Source: SAR202 cluster bacterium AC-647-P02_OGT_505m (GTDB taxonomy: Bacteria > Chloroflexota > Dehalococcoidia > Lucifugimonadales > UBA826). Taken from it: a stretch of 64,000 nt of DNA. Both the position numbers and the translations under genes were made by a program. Position 1 is the first letter of the stretch. Every line of letters starts with the position of its first letter. The DNA lies in NCBI GenBank assembly GCA_009391195.1, contig VEXB01000001.1, positions 20,398 through 84,397 of the forward strand, in the 5' to 3' direction. A model generated the notes under the pieces. That model made no database searches. It saw nothing but the letters and a program-made list of their open reading frames with translations, and was not told the origin of the DNA. This document shows positions 39,420 to 48,750 of this stretch, in pieces.

Positions 39420-40607
39420 ATGAAAATAAAGAGTGTAAAAGCATTTCCAATAAATATTGCCCCTCATCCCACAACAAAGCCCCGGGTAGAAGAAGACCCT
39501 AACGGCGGTTATTTCGCTAGCCCGATGGATAGATACGCAAGTGACCGTCCTGGAAGAACATGGTCTGACAGTTGGGATAGGGTTGCCTGCGTAGTTACAG
39601 CAGATGACGGGACATGGGGATTGGGAATATCCATAGCCGCTGGTCCCGTAACTTCCATCATAAATGATCACTTCTCGGAACTTATAGTTGGACTCAATCC
39701 AATGGCAACTGAGAAATTATGGGACATGATGAGGCGAGCTTCAGCTGCACACGGTACCGCAGGCATAGCCAGCTACGCAATCAGCGCGGTAGATAACGCG
39801 ATCTGGGACCTTAAGGGCAAATTGTTGAAACGACCAGTATATGAACTGCTAGGAGGGCCTGTAAAAGACCAGATATTCTGCTATGCCTCAAACACAATGC
39901 TCAAATATAGAACTAGTGATTACATGGATTGGTTCATGGATCTTGGATTTAAGGCTGTAAAAGTATTTTTGCGCCACGGTCCTGAAGAAGGACTTGCAGG
40001 CCTAAATAAAAACGTGGAAATAATAGCGAACGTCCGAGAGCAAATCGGACCTGATGTAGAGCTTGCTGTAGACTCCTGGCTATCACTCAACATAGAGTAC
40101 GCCGTAAGAGTGTGTGAAGCATTAAAACCGTATAACATTAAATGGCTTGAAGACTACATGCTTCCAGAGGACATGGACAGCTACGCCAAACTCAGGTCAC
40201 GAGTCCCCGGACAAACCCTTGCCACCGGAGAACACTGGTATACGATACATCCATTTGCAGATGCAGCTGGTCGTGGTCTAGTAGACATCCTACAACCTGA
40301 CATACAGTGGGTAGGAGGCATGACCGCTAGTATCAGAATTTGCCATATAGCGGAGGCTCATGGATTGACCGTTATTGGCCATGCAGGTATGAATTATCCA
40401 TATGGACAGCACTTGGCCTATGCAATGCCTGTAATTCCATGGGGGGAACGATCTGAAGGTGTATCTCCTCCAGGAGTCCCACTTGAAGAAATGGTTTCCC
40501 TGCCAGGAACACCCGTCATAAAGAACGGGTATGTTAAACCGTCCGACGCGCCAGGTTTCGGGATAGAAGTCAATCTAGACTGGCTGGAGGAAAGAGCAGT
40601 TAGGTAA
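39420..40607 (+). CDS. enolase-superfamily enzyme, L-rhamnonate dehydratase (RhamD)-like, paralog 2
   Basis: 395 aa. The N-terminus (MKIKSV) and C-terminus (GY[IV]KPSDAPGFG[MI]E) match paralog 1. Ligand strands are AVDSW, WLEDY and ATGEHW. Confidence 0.85.
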   Translation: MKIKSVKAFPINIAPHPTTKPRVEEDPNGGYFASPMDRYASDRPGRTWSDSWDRVACVVTADDGTWGLGISIAAGPVTSIINDHFSELIVGLNPMATEKLWDMMRRASAAHGTAGIASYAISAVDNAIWDLKGKLLKRPVYELLGGPVKDQIFCYASNTMLKYRTSDYMDWFMDLGFKAVKVFLRHGPEEGLAGLNKNVEIIANVREQIGPDVELAVDSWLSLNIEYAVRVCEALKPYNIKWLEDYMLPEDMDSYAKLRSRVPGQTLATGEHWYTIHPFADAAGRGLVDILQPDIQWVGGMTASIRICHIAEAHGLTVIGHAGMNYPYGQHLAYAMPVIPWGERSEGVSPPGVPLEEMVSLPGTPVIKNGYVKPSDAPGFGIEVNLDWLEERAVR

Positions 40608-40619
40608 TCTAGATCAGAG

Positions 40620-40658
40620 AAAAAAAGGGGAGAACAATTTAATGTTCTCCCCTTTTTT
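40620..40658. terminator. bidirectional intrinsic terminator
   Basis: A7-GGGGAGAACA-atttaa-TGTTCTCCCC-T6 is a perfect 10-bp stem flanked by an A-run and a T-run, between convergent genes. Confidence 0.8.
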
Positions 40659-40678
40659 CCCGGACATGGGATTAACGT

Positions 40679-41806
40679 CTATTTAGAATTCAAAAACCCC
40701 ACTCTTTCGTATTCCCCTTTGACCACTGGCTTAGCATCGACTTCCATCCAGTCTTCCATGATTTCAGTGTATAAACTTCTGAAGTCCAGATTGAAATGAA
40801 GGTCACCTTCTAATAGATCCTCGCTACGCAGGGATGGGTACTCGCTGTACTGTCCTCCAGCTACGGCATCTCCAATGACAAAAGCCACGCCACCAGATCC
40901 ATGATCAGTTCCGTTGCCATTATCCTTAACTCTCCTACCAAATTCAGAGAATACAAACATAATCACATCTTCACTCTTATTAGCTTGTTTCATATCGGTA
41001 TAAAAATCATAAATACCACCCGCAACATCGGTGAGAAGGCCCTCTTGTAACGCTATTCCATTGGTATGAGCATCAAAACTTCCATGTTGGGTATAACAAA
41101 TACGGGTCCCTATATCTGCTTGTAAGACTTGAGCTGCACCCTTCATGGCTTTCGCAAATGAGTTTGTAGCATATTCCACGTCAGAAGAATATTTTTCAGT
41201 AACGGTGCCAAGAATATCAGCCCCTTTTAAAGCATCCAGACCCGTCTGACTCAAGTAGTCCATAACTGGTCCACTTCCCAATGCCTGGGTATACATGTCC
41301 CTGAAAGCCTGAAGAGCCTCATTCCTCTGTGAAGTATCCCCCATATGATTCATCAAGCCATATGTTTCTAGATCCGTCACGGATGCAACCGGAGCGCCAT
41401 GTGACACCAAAGCTCTAGGCAATCCTGAACCAAAATTAACGGCTGCCACGACATTATCATGCTGAGGATGAAGCTGATTTATTGTGTTTCCAAGCCAACC
41501 CTCATTTCCTACTTTGGTCGGCTCCGCAGTATGCCAGATATCCATTGAACGAAAATGGGATCGATTGGGAGTCGGGTATCCCACTCCATGTACTACGGCA
41601 ACATTACCTTGATCATATAAATCTTTGATAGGTGCCATTGCTGGATTCATTCCAAGGCCATTACCTATTGGAATAACCTCGTCTTCTGTGATTCTAACGT
41701 TAGGTCGATTATCCACATAATCTGGATTGTTATATGGGATAACGCAGTTTAAATAGTCATTACCGCCTGAAAGTTGCACTACCACTATTTTCTTATCAGC
41801 CATCAA
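40679..41806 (-). CDS. DUF1501 domain protein (sulfatase/AP-like fold), no Tat or Sec signal
   Basis: QLSGGNDYLN, HFRSMDIWHT and FSEFGRRVKDNGNGTDHG motifs. The N-terminus MMADKKIVVV has no RR leader. Confidence 0.8.
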   Translation of the reverse strand: MMADKKIVVVQLSGGNDYLNCVIPYNNPDYVDNRPNVRITEDEVIPIGNGLGMNPAMAPIKDLYDQGNVAVVHGVGYPTPNRSHFRSMDIWHTAEPTKVGNEGWLGNTINQLHPQHDNVVAAVNFGSGLPRALVSHGAPVASVTDLETYGLMNHMGDTSQRNEALQAFRDMYTQALGSGPVMDYLSQTGLDALKGADILGTVTEKYSSDVEYATNSFAKAMKGAAQVLQADIGTRICYTQHGSFDAHTNGIALQEGLLTDVAGGIYDFYTDMKQANKSEDVIMFVFSEFGRRVKDNGNGTDHGSGGVAFVIGDAVAGGQYSEYPSLRSEDLLEGDLHFNLDFRSLYTEIMEDWMEVDAKPVVKGEYERVGFLNSK

Positions 41807-41837
41807 AGAACTCCTATAAGTCAGTTAGTACCTGAGT

Positions 41838-42869
41838 TTACACCTTTTCGAAAATCTGAAATCTGTGTCGTCCCGTTTCCAGCACATAGACTCTACCATC
41901 ATCGTCTAATTGAACCGAGCATGGATCCCATAAATAGGCCTCCATTCGTGCAGAAACCTCTGAAGGATCATCAGTATCTGCCTCATAGACCGATTGATAA
42001 GTCGCTCGAGCTGCTCGCTCGTCATCCTGCGAGGCAAGGTATTCTACAGCCCATGGATTCAAATCCGCTGCGCCGCGGTGAGCATCTAAAAAATTCCCGT
42101 CTGAGTCTAGGACCTGCAACCGTTGATTACCCCAATCCGCAACATACATATTTCCATCCTCGTCTACGGCAAGACCGGCGGGTCTGTTAAATTGTCCCTC
42201 ACCACTACCAGACTCCCCGATCACTGCTACAAATTCACCGTCAGGGGTAAATTTCTGAATACGATCATTTCTCCAGTCTGCCACGTATATATATCCATTG
42301 GAGTCATCACATATCCCCCAAGGGCGATCAAATTCACCATTTCCCGAACCTTGTCTTCCCCATTGGTCAATATACTGCCCGTCAAAAGTGTATTTTTGTA
42401 CCCGATTATTCCTTGAATCTACCACCAAGAGAGAGTCCCCTTGCACAAGCAGTCCACTAGGTTGATTAAACTGGCCAGGTTTCGATCCTTTCTCACCCCA
42501 ATAACTAACCGGATTACCATCCCGGTCAAATTTTGTGATCCTATGAAGTTTCTCGTCCGAAAGATAAATGTTTTCGTCACCATCTAAGACGATGTCAGTT
42601 GGCCAGATCATTCCCCCAAGAGAACTGTCATTCGTGGCGATCTGTCCAAGAAAATCATGATCCTTCGTTACTATTTGAATCCCATTGGAACCCTTAGTAG
42701 TAGGCTTCCCACGGCTAGCAACGAAAATTGTTCCATCTGACCTTATAGCCATAGAGGTCGGTAGTTGAAAACCTCTCCCACCAAAATCAGCAGCAAATCC
42801 AACATTTGTTAAATATTCCAGCTTAAAAGTTGCGGTGGTCATTAATTTCTCCTCAGTAAAGCTCGACAA
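41838..42869 (-). CDS. NHL-repeat beta-propeller protein
   Basis: Repeated G(Q/E)F(N/D)RP.G..VD..GN.YVAD..N.R.Q.F motifs, about 6 blades. No signal peptide. Confidence 0.8.
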   Translation of the reverse strand: MSSFTEEKLMTTATFKLEYLTNVGFAADFGGRGFQLPTSMAIRSDGTIFVASRGKPTTKGSNGIQIVTKDHDFLGQIATNDSSLGGMIWPTDIVLDGDENIYLSDEKLHRITKFDRDGNPVSYWGEKGSKPGQFNQPSGLLVQGDSLLVVDSRNNRVQKYTFDGQYIDQWGRQGSGNGEFDRPWGICDDSNGYIYVADWRNDRIQKFTPDGEFVAVIGESGSGEGQFNRPAGLAVDEDGNMYVADWGNQRLQVLDSDGNFLDAHRGAADLNPWAVEYLASQDDERAARATYQSVYEADTDDPSEVSARMEAYLWDPCSVQLDDDGRVYVLETGRHRFQIFEKV

Positions 42870-42874
42870 TCTAC

Positions 42875-44323
42875 CTAAACAGTTTGGTATTCCTGGCTCG
42901 AGACAACCAGCTGAATTACTGCTACAGCAGCCTCATCAAATATATTCGCTGTATCATCGTCAGACCAAGACATGTTCCCAAATTTGGAAGCATAATTCTT
43001 CAACCCGTTTTTTGTGGTTTCCATCACATCTAGGGGTCCTAGAACATCTAAGCAGTGGTCAACCAGACTGTCGTAGGACATCTTTCCGGATGGTTCCAAG
43101 GATTTGATCCTGTCCACTATATCTCTTATACCCACTTTATCCGGGTCATTCAAAATCCTGCCCGCGAAATTAACCCTTTCAACATATGCCCCCGTATTGA
43201 TCCACTCAACCCCTCCCTGCCAACCTTCAACGCTTGGAGGCCTCATCAACCCCTGACCCATGTTCCCACACGCCGCATCTGCAGCAAATATATCGTCTGA
43301 AGGAAGTTCAACAGGACCAGCAAGTCTCATCGTGCCAATAACCATTTCCGCAGGACTTTTTATACGTGCAAATCTTGAAGATTCGTCTTTAAAAAAGTCA
43401 GCATCAAAGAGGGTTTTCAGCATAGCCTTTATACTGTGTCCGCTATTGAAATATGTCCTGACCAATTCATCTATTGCTTCGGGATTTACGGGATCTTCAT
43501 GAGGCCATTGAGGAACCGGAAGTTCATCAGCAACAAAGAAATGATAGAGGTGACGAGCAAGAAATCTTGCTGTAGCCTCCTGCTCACATATAATCCTTAC
43601 AGCATCCTCCCCATTCCAATTACCAGTTTGACCTAAAATAGTCTTTTCTCCATGGTCGTGGTCATCATCATCATATTCAAACTGCCATGACATATATCCA
43701 TACGGCCTAGCAGTGTTATTGCGCATACGTATCGACATATAATCAGGGTTTACTATCCTCCAGCCGGTGAATGCCCTCGAGGTCTCCTGTATATCCTCCT
43801 CAGTATAGTTACCTACACCCATAGCAAACAGCTCAAGAATTTCTCTCCCATAATTTTCATTTATATTTGAGCCATGGTTATCCTGATTATCCAACCACAT
43901 TATCATCGCGGGATCTTTTGACAATTGGATTAACAAATTGTCAAAACTACTCATCCCGTGTTCTCTGAACATAGAAACTTGATTAGTTACAACTCTACTT
44001 TGAATGAGTTTTGTAGACGCTGTAGCGAATATCCTGTGCCAAAACAAACACATCTTCTCCCTCAATGGAGTATCTGTCATAACGAGCCTGTAAACCCAAT
44101 GGGGTCCCCCACCAGATCGTAAGTCAGACAAATCTACGTGATATCTGCGAATCAAATCATCAGGAATAACGTCGGCGTGGTCAGGGTTCAGAAGTTCATC
44201 CAAAGTCTTGTCATATCCTTTAGATAAGGCTTCATCCATCTCAGATGGCGTCGCTCCAAATCCTGCGCGGCGTAGGAGATGAGCCATTTGGACTGCTTCT
44301 TTTCTAGATTGTACAGTCGTCAT
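42875..44323 (-). CDS. DUF1800 domain protein
   Basis: AHLLRRAGFGATPSE N-terminal motif and LFWHRIF. 482 aa. Confidence 0.8.
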   Translation of the reverse strand: MTTVQSRKEAVQMAHLLRRAGFGATPSEMDEALSKGYDKTLDELLNPDHADVIPDDLIRRYHVDLSDLRSGGGPHWVYRLVMTDTPLREKMCLFWHRIFATASTKLIQSRVVTNQVSMFREHGMSSFDNLLIQLSKDPAMIMWLDNQDNHGSNINENYGREILELFAMGVGNYTEEDIQETSRAFTGWRIVNPDYMSIRMRNNTARPYGYMSWQFEYDDDDHDHGEKTILGQTGNWNGEDAVRIICEQEATARFLARHLYHFFVADELPVPQWPHEDPVNPEAIDELVRTYFNSGHSIKAMLKTLFDADFFKDESSRFARIKSPAEMVIGTMRLAGPVELPSDDIFAADAACGNMGQGLMRPPSVEGWQGGVEWINTGAYVERVNFAGRILNDPDKVGIRDIVDRIKSLEPSGKMSYDSLVDHCLDVLGPLDVMETTKNGLKNYASKFGNMSWSDDDTANIFDEAAVAVIQLVVSSQEYQTV

Positions 44324-44460
44324 ATTTTCTCCCCGTGGAAAACAATTACCTCATTGGTGAACATATCATGAGGCGAAGTATACCAACACGCAATATAGGT
44401 TATAAAGGGGACGATGATTAAATTTTTTCTAACTGTTATGAATACAAAAAAGGTTATAGC

Positions 44461-45501
44461 CTAGTCAGCGAGTCTTCCCTCTCTGAAAGAGGCAATAAAA
44501 TTCATGCAAAACTCGTCACGCCCCAGTAGCATGTCCATGGCGACTTTTACTCTGTCAGACTCCAAATCTAAACCCATCACGCGACTCCAATTACTTTCTA
44601 TCGGGTTCAATATTCCAGAATCAACTCCGGCATCTATAGCTAGTCTAATAAAAGTGTCATTTATCAATCTTCTCGCAGGTAATCCAAACGATACGTTACT
44701 AAGTCCACCAGTGATCCTCACCTCCTCCCCAAACTCCATTCTCATCAACCTAACAGCTTCCAGATAATGGTTGCCAAACGTCTGATCTACGGAAATTGGA
44801 AACAGCAAAGGATCAATATGGATCCGATCAAAAGAAATATTTCTATCTTTACATTGATCCACCATTTTTACAGCATTTTCAAGTCTTCCCTCTTCATCTG
44901 AGGGCATCCTATCAAAACCAGCAGCGGTCACTATCACATGTCCTTTATGAGCAGAGACCAAGTCGAGTACCCCAACTCTTTCAAGGGAGGCCGAATTAAT
45001 CATGGGATCGCCCTGAGGTCTCCCAATACGTTCATATTCTTCTAATCCAGCGTTGATTATTTCTGGGCTAGATGAATCTATACTCGGAGGTAAATTGGAT
45101 ATAGAACCAAAAAATCCCACCAACCACTTGATAGCTTTTTTTTGAATTTCAATCCTGTGAGATATCTCGTCTATGTTCAAATCAAGAAAAGTACTCCCAA
45201 ATCTCTCCTGTCTTTCAATTTCTACTGCAATATAAGCTTCTCCTTGTTTTTGTTCATAAGGGTCCTCTGACATACCCTTGCTTACAGCGATCATGAAATG
45301 CTTAACCCGCCCCTCCTCATAGACCTTAGTTCTCTTAAATTCATCAGGGATCGTCATGAATTGTTGGACTCCATCGACCCCACGATATGTCACACACTCT
45401 CTACCATTTGGGTCCAAGGTAACTCTCTTCCCCTTGCGCATAAGAACTCTAGTGGTATGAATGTTTTCCCCTATTACGGAAAATACGGGCGATTTCAACA
45501 A
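44461..45501 (-). CDS. pterin-binding (DHPS-like TIM barrel) methyltransferase, MeTr/AcsE / MetH pterin-domain-like
   Basis: The motif series GENIH, LDLNIDE, SIDSS, MINSASLE, HIDPLLFP and GGLSNVSFGLP...LIN matches methyl-H4folate:corrinoid methyltransferases. Confidence 0.72.
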   Translation of the reverse strand: MLKSPVFSVIGENIHTTRVLMRKGKRVTLDPNGRECVTYRGVDGVQQFMTIPDEFKRTKVYEEGRVKHFMIAVSKGMSEDPYEQKQGEAYIAVEIERQERFGSTFLDLNIDEISHRIEIQKKAIKWLVGFFGSISNLPPSIDSSSPEIINAGLEEYERIGRPQGDPMINSASLERVGVLDLVSAHKGHVIVTAAGFDRMPSDEEGRLENAVKMVDQCKDRNISFDRIHIDPLLFPISVDQTFGNHYLEAVRLMRMEFGEEVRITGGLSNVSFGLPARRLINDTFIRLAIDAGVDSGILNPIESNWSRVMGLDLESDRVKVAMDMLLGRDEFCMNFIASFREGRLAD

Positions 45502-45659
45502 ATTGTTCCTCGCTTAGATACTTTTTTCACCGGCACCTAAATGTCCGACATGTCGATATTTTAATACTTGTGAAGAAGACTGAGTAAACAGCCACTACAA
45601 ACAGCTATAGAATATGTCCGTATATGTATTTTTAGCAAAAATCTAATGGAGAAAATTCA

Positions 45660-46892
45660 ATGACCAATGATTCTTCGCCTTATGGACCTCTTTCTGGCAT
45701 CCGGGTTATTGACTGGACCATGTGGCAGTTTGGACCAGTCTGTTCCATGATGCTTGCCGACATGGGAGCAGAGGTTATAAAAATTGAATCTTTGGACGGA
45801 GATCACGCTCGTCAATTCCACACAGTGAGTGGTACCTCGTCATCTTTGGGCGGAGGTCTTAACGCCTACTTTGAATCACTCAACCGACAAAAGAAAAGCA
45901 TGGCTTTAGACCTCAAGACTGAAAAAGGAGTTAGTGTTTTAAAAAAATTGGTCGCGGAATCTGATGTATTTGTTCAAAACTTTCGACACGGTGTCGCTGA
46001 GAGACTCGGATTAGGGTACGAGGACTTGAAGTCCATAAATTCCGCAATAGTCTACGGGGCAGCAACAGGTTATGGGCCAAACGGTCCCGACGCCGAAAAA
46101 CCTGCATTTGCATATACTGGTGAAGCGCGATCAGGTTCCCTTTGGTGGGCAGGACCAAATGATGGAAATCCATATAACCTGCAAAGCATTGCGGATCAGA
46201 TCTCTGGAATAATGCTATGCAATGGAATATTGGGAGCTTTGGTTAATAGAGAAATAACAGGAAAGGGTCAAAAGGTGGATGTTTCTCATCTAGGAAGCAT
46301 GATGTGGCTCGCTGGAAACAGATATGGAATGGCTCTTTTAACGGGTCTTGAACCAGGAGGCCAAGATCGAAAAAGTGCACGGAATCCCCTTTGGAATAGC
46401 TATAAGTGTTCCGATGACAAATGGATAGCATTTGCTATGAATCAAAGTGATAGATACTGGCCAGCGTTTTGTGAGGCGTTAAACCGCAAAGACTTCATAA
46501 CAGATCCAAGATGTAACAACATGGAAGCCCGGGCAGAAAACAAGATCGAAATTATTAGGGAGTTGGATACTGTATTCGCTCTTCACCCCAGAAATTACTG
46601 GGCTGAGCGCATGGAGACGGTTGGAGGAATAATATGGGAGCGAGTACAGGACGTCTGGGATTTACCTAAGGACCCACAGGTCATCCAAAATAATTATATT
46701 GTAGATTTTGATCATCCTTCACTCGGCCAGGTTAAATACCTGCAGACGCCTATTGGTTATTCCACCACGCCATTGGAAACCCAACGTTCGGCACCAGAAT
46801 TGGGACAGCATACGGAAGAAATACTCATAGACACACTAGGTTATAGTTGGGACGACATAGCAACATTCCAAGATGAGGGAATAATACTTTAG
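45660..46892 (+). CDS. family III CoA-transferase (CaiB/BaiF)
   Basis: IRVIDWTMWQFGPVCSMMLADMGAEVIKIESLDGD. 410 aa. Confidence 0.88.
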   Translation: MTNDSSPYGPLSGIRVIDWTMWQFGPVCSMMLADMGAEVIKIESLDGDHARQFHTVSGTSSSLGGGLNAYFESLNRQKKSMALDLKTEKGVSVLKKLVAESDVFVQNFRHGVAERLGLGYEDLKSINSAIVYGAATGYGPNGPDAEKPAFAYTGEARSGSLWWAGPNDGNPYNLQSIADQISGIMLCNGILGALVNREITGKGQKVDVSHLGSMMWLAGNRYGMALLTGLEPGGQDRKSARNPLWNSYKCSDDKWIAFAMNQSDRYWPAFCEALNRKDFITDPRCNNMEARAENKIEIIRELDTVFALHPRNYWAERMETVGGIIWERVQDVWDLPKDPQVIQNNYIVDFDHPSLGQVKYLQTPIGYSTTPLETQRSAPELGQHTEEILIDTLGYSWDDIATFQDEGIIL

Positions 46893-46926
46893 AAAGTTTT
46901 TGACCACTAAAAGGAGAACCAGCGAA

Positions 46927-47757
46927 ATGGATTATGAATCGGGTGTGATTGAGGTCGCCGAAAACGTATATGCATGGATAAATGAAAATTGCGCAACAAA
47001 CGCTGGCTTCATCGTCGGGGAGGAAGGCGTCATCGTAATTGACACCCTCATGACACCATCACTGGCAGGTTCATTGATGACAGTGGTAAGAGACGTTACT
47101 GAGAAACCTATCAGATATGTGATTAATACACATTTCCACGGAGATCACATATATGGCAATCAATATTTCCTACCAGCGCCAATAATTGGACACGAGAATT
47201 GCAAATTCGACCTCGACACAAAGTGGGACGACAATTTCAACCGTTACTGGTCAAGAGAGGCGCTAAGACCTGAACTTTCCAGAATAGTAAAAACTACACC
47301 AGATGTAACCTTCAACGACAAAATGTCTATATGGCTGGGAAACAGAGAAATACAGCTCTCCTTCCATGGAAGAGCTCATTCAAACAGTGACATATTACTG
47401 TATCTTCCTGAAGAAAAAGTACTTTTTGTTGGTGACCTAGCCGTAAATAAAACCATCCCAGCGTTCCCTGATGGCCACATCACTGACTGGGTATCCGTAC
47501 TGGATCAGGTAGATAAAATTGATACAAAGACAATAGTACCTGGACACGGTCCAGTCGGGACAAGGGCAGACTTCAATGAGGCAAAGGATCTTCTAAACCT
47601 ACTCAATACACAGATAAAGTCGTCCTTTGACAATGGCGCTACGGAAGATGAAGCCGCTCAAAAAGTAGACGTTGGCCTATATTCGAGCTTTGCCAATCAA
47701 GATAGAATCCCTCAAATAGTCGAGATGGCATATAAAGCATACCGTGGAGAATTATAG
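46927..47757 (+). CDS. MBL-fold metallo-hydrolase
   Basis: HFHGDH motif. AAGGAGA lies 9 nt upstream of ATG 46927. The ORF track opens at TTG 46900. Confidence 0.85.
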   Translation: MDYESGVIEVAENVYAWINENCATNAGFIVGEEGVIVIDTLMTPSLAGSLMTVVRDVTEKPIRYVINTHFHGDHIYGNQYFLPAPIIGHENCKFDLDTKWDDNFNRYWSREALRPELSRIVKTTPDVTFNDKMSIWLGNREIQLSFHGRAHSNSDILLYLPEEKVLFVGDLAVNKTIPAFPDGHITDWVSVLDQVDKIDTKTIVPGHGPVGTRADFNEAKDLLNLLNTQIKSSFDNGATEDEAAQKVDVGLYSSFANQDRIPQIVEMAYKAYRGEL

Positions 47758-47767
47758 TACGGCGTCC

Positions 47768-48661
47768 TTAAGAAGCAGATGCTGCGAGTGATTGTCCCCT
47801 ATCATAATTTAGTTCGCCACGTTGCTGTAAAAATTGGCGTACTAAACCATCCAGAAAATCGTAATCATGAAGACTAAACTGGTCATCTCCGCTCATTAGA
47901 ACATTTACATAGCGATTAAGAAGACCTGGCAAAGCTACTTTGACAGATATGACGTTCCTAAAATATTGATTCAGGTAATGTTCCTGAGACATATTGGAAT
48001 CAAGGAAAGAACCGAGGTCCTTTTCCGTGTAGACTCCCTCTCTGGTAATTTGACTGAAAAATGCAGAAAAAACTGATTGTCCCTCGCCATATCCATCCAT
48101 ATAAATCTCAGTTTTTTCTATTTCTTTACCCCCTATAAAAATCGGGTAGCTTCTATGAATCGACAAATGGGACCAATTAAGCGTGCGAGCACATTCCGGC
48201 GTGATGAATCTTTCAAGTTCCCGTGGCCCCCAACTCCAATCGCTTCCCCAAAGGCTCCGGCCCGGAATAGAAGGGGCGCCTTCTATAAAAGTGTTTCCAA
48301 CACTGAGACCAATAATATGTTCAACATATGTCCTTATTGCCCTAATAGCAGTCGCAGGAATCTGAGATCCATACTCTTCAATCAATAACCTGACCATTTC
48401 AGAGTCTTCTTGGTAAATATTTAACAATTCAATAGAAGCGTTCTCTTCCAGATTGACACCATAATTTTTGATCACAGCATTCCAAAGACGTTCGCTTACT
48501 TGAACATCCCCAGATTCAATTCTGGAAATCACACTCTGGTTCACACCTATAATTTTGGCGACATCTGTCTGGGTTAAACCTTTCTCCTTTCTGGCTTTTC
48601 TTAAAGTATCCCTTTCAATTTTTGTTATTTCTCTGGACATGTTCCCCCGACTTTTTGTCAT
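47768..48661 (-). CDS. XRE-family HTH regulator with an unrecognised C-terminal domain of about 220 aa
   Basis: GLTQTDVAKIIGVNQSVISRIESG HTH at the N-terminus. No family recognised for the rest. Confidence 0.72.
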   Translation of the reverse strand: MTKSRGNMSREITKIERDTLRKARKEKGLTQTDVAKIIGVNQSVISRIESGDVQVSERLWNAVIKNYGVNLEENASIELLNIYQEDSEMVRLLIEEYGSQIPATAIRAIRTYVEHIIGLSVGNTFIEGAPSIPGRSLWGSDWSWGPRELERFITPECARTLNWSHLSIHRSYPIFIGGKEIEKTEIYMDGYGEGQSVFSAFFSQITREGVYTEKDLGSFLDSNMSQEHYLNQYFRNVISVKVALPGLLNRYVNVLMSGDDQFSLHDYDFLDGLVRQFLQQRGELNYDRGQSLAASAS

Positions 48662-48687
48662 ATTATGAGTATATTGAAGTCATAAAG

Positions 48688-48711
48688 TCACAATATGTCA
48701 ATATCTTGTGA
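48688..48711. promoter_or_regulatory. inverted repeat upstream of the XRE regulator (candidate autoregulatory operator)
   Basis: TCACAA-N12-TTGTGA lies 27 to 50 nt upstream of the start codon at 48661. Confidence 0.3.
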
Positions 48712-48750
48712 AACTTCGTTTGCAAGATTCTATAAATTCACATCTTCTTG

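Noticed and set aside
45546-45555. The 10-nt palindrome CGACATGTCG between the MeTr-like gene and a CoA-transferase gene
   Set aside because: It is too short to distinguish from chance in 64 kb, and no regulator gene is adjacent.
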